Source: Candidatus Micrarchaeota archaeon
GTDB lineage: Archaea > Micrarchaeota > Micrarchaeia > Anstonellales > Bilamarchaeaceae
Direction of reading: 5' to 3'
DNA: 64,000 nucleotides
Assembly: GCA_040757035.1 (NCBI GenBank)
Contig: JBFLYM010000003.1
Coordinates: 1,079-65,078, forward strand
The position numbers were made by a program, and so were the translations under genes. The notes beneath the pieces were generated by a model, which saw only the letters and a program-made list of their open reading frames with translations, searched no databases and was not told where the DNA came from. Shown here one piece after another: positions 63,740 to 64,000 of the stretch. Every line of letters starts with the position of its first letter. Positions within the stretch are counted from its first letter, which is position 1.

Positions 63740-64000
63740 TTTTTTAAAAAGATTATTTTTTGCACATTCAATTTTCAATCAATTTTGCGAGCGCGATTTC
63801 AACGCCCATCCATCTCTTGAGTTTTGCTTCTATAATTTAGTTGGCGGACCCAGTTTAGAGCATGATAACCTAAGCTCCTACTTTTTTAGGCACATATATC
63901 AATTCTAGTTTTCTTTTTCGAGATAAAACCGTAACTCTGTAAATTCTTGGTAACAGGTTTTTGTATCTTTTCTTATTTTACGACTGTAAACTGTATAGAA

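Noticed and set aside
63780-63890. GC-richer patch containing TTAGTTGGCGGA, similar to part of the 74-bp repeat or a tRNA 3' end
   Set aside because: Match is only about 10-12 bp; no cloverleaf or T-loop; context is cut off by the window end.

Overview
Low-GC archaeal chromosome segment, most likely DPANN and Micrarchaeota-like. This is an inference from the archaeal thermosome, MCM, RadA, Sec61beta, aTrm56, Trm1, A-type ATPase, GGTGA-type ribosome-binding sites, a bacterial-type GyrB and many orphan genes. Core content: tRNA-modification genes (trmI, trm1, truD, mtaB-like, trm56), dnaG, mcm, radA, pyrH, purE, purD, trpB, HMG-CoA synthase, a K+-independent H+-PPase and an A1Ao ATP synthase operon with an acylphosphatase gene between atpA and atpB. 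No rRNA, tRNA, CRISPR array, integrase or reverse transcriptase was recognised. Most interesting observations: (1) two giant orphans (1268 and 838 aa) with outer-membrane-like beta-strand character; (2) a 60-nt structured RNA candidate upstream of dnaG; (3) a dispersed 74-bp structured repeat resembling an IS200/IS605 right end; (4) a mosaic 12-unit HEAT-repeat gene; (5) a DUF736-like small protein upstream of radA; (6) a Giardia-type ornithine transcarbamylase; (7) a CDP-alcohol phosphotransferase lacking its catalytic aspartates; (8) a trmI whose apparent start codon is ATC; (9) two toxin-antitoxin modules with toxins cut to about 20 aa; (10) pervasive short tandem duplications. All family assignments come from motif recognition by eye, without database searches.
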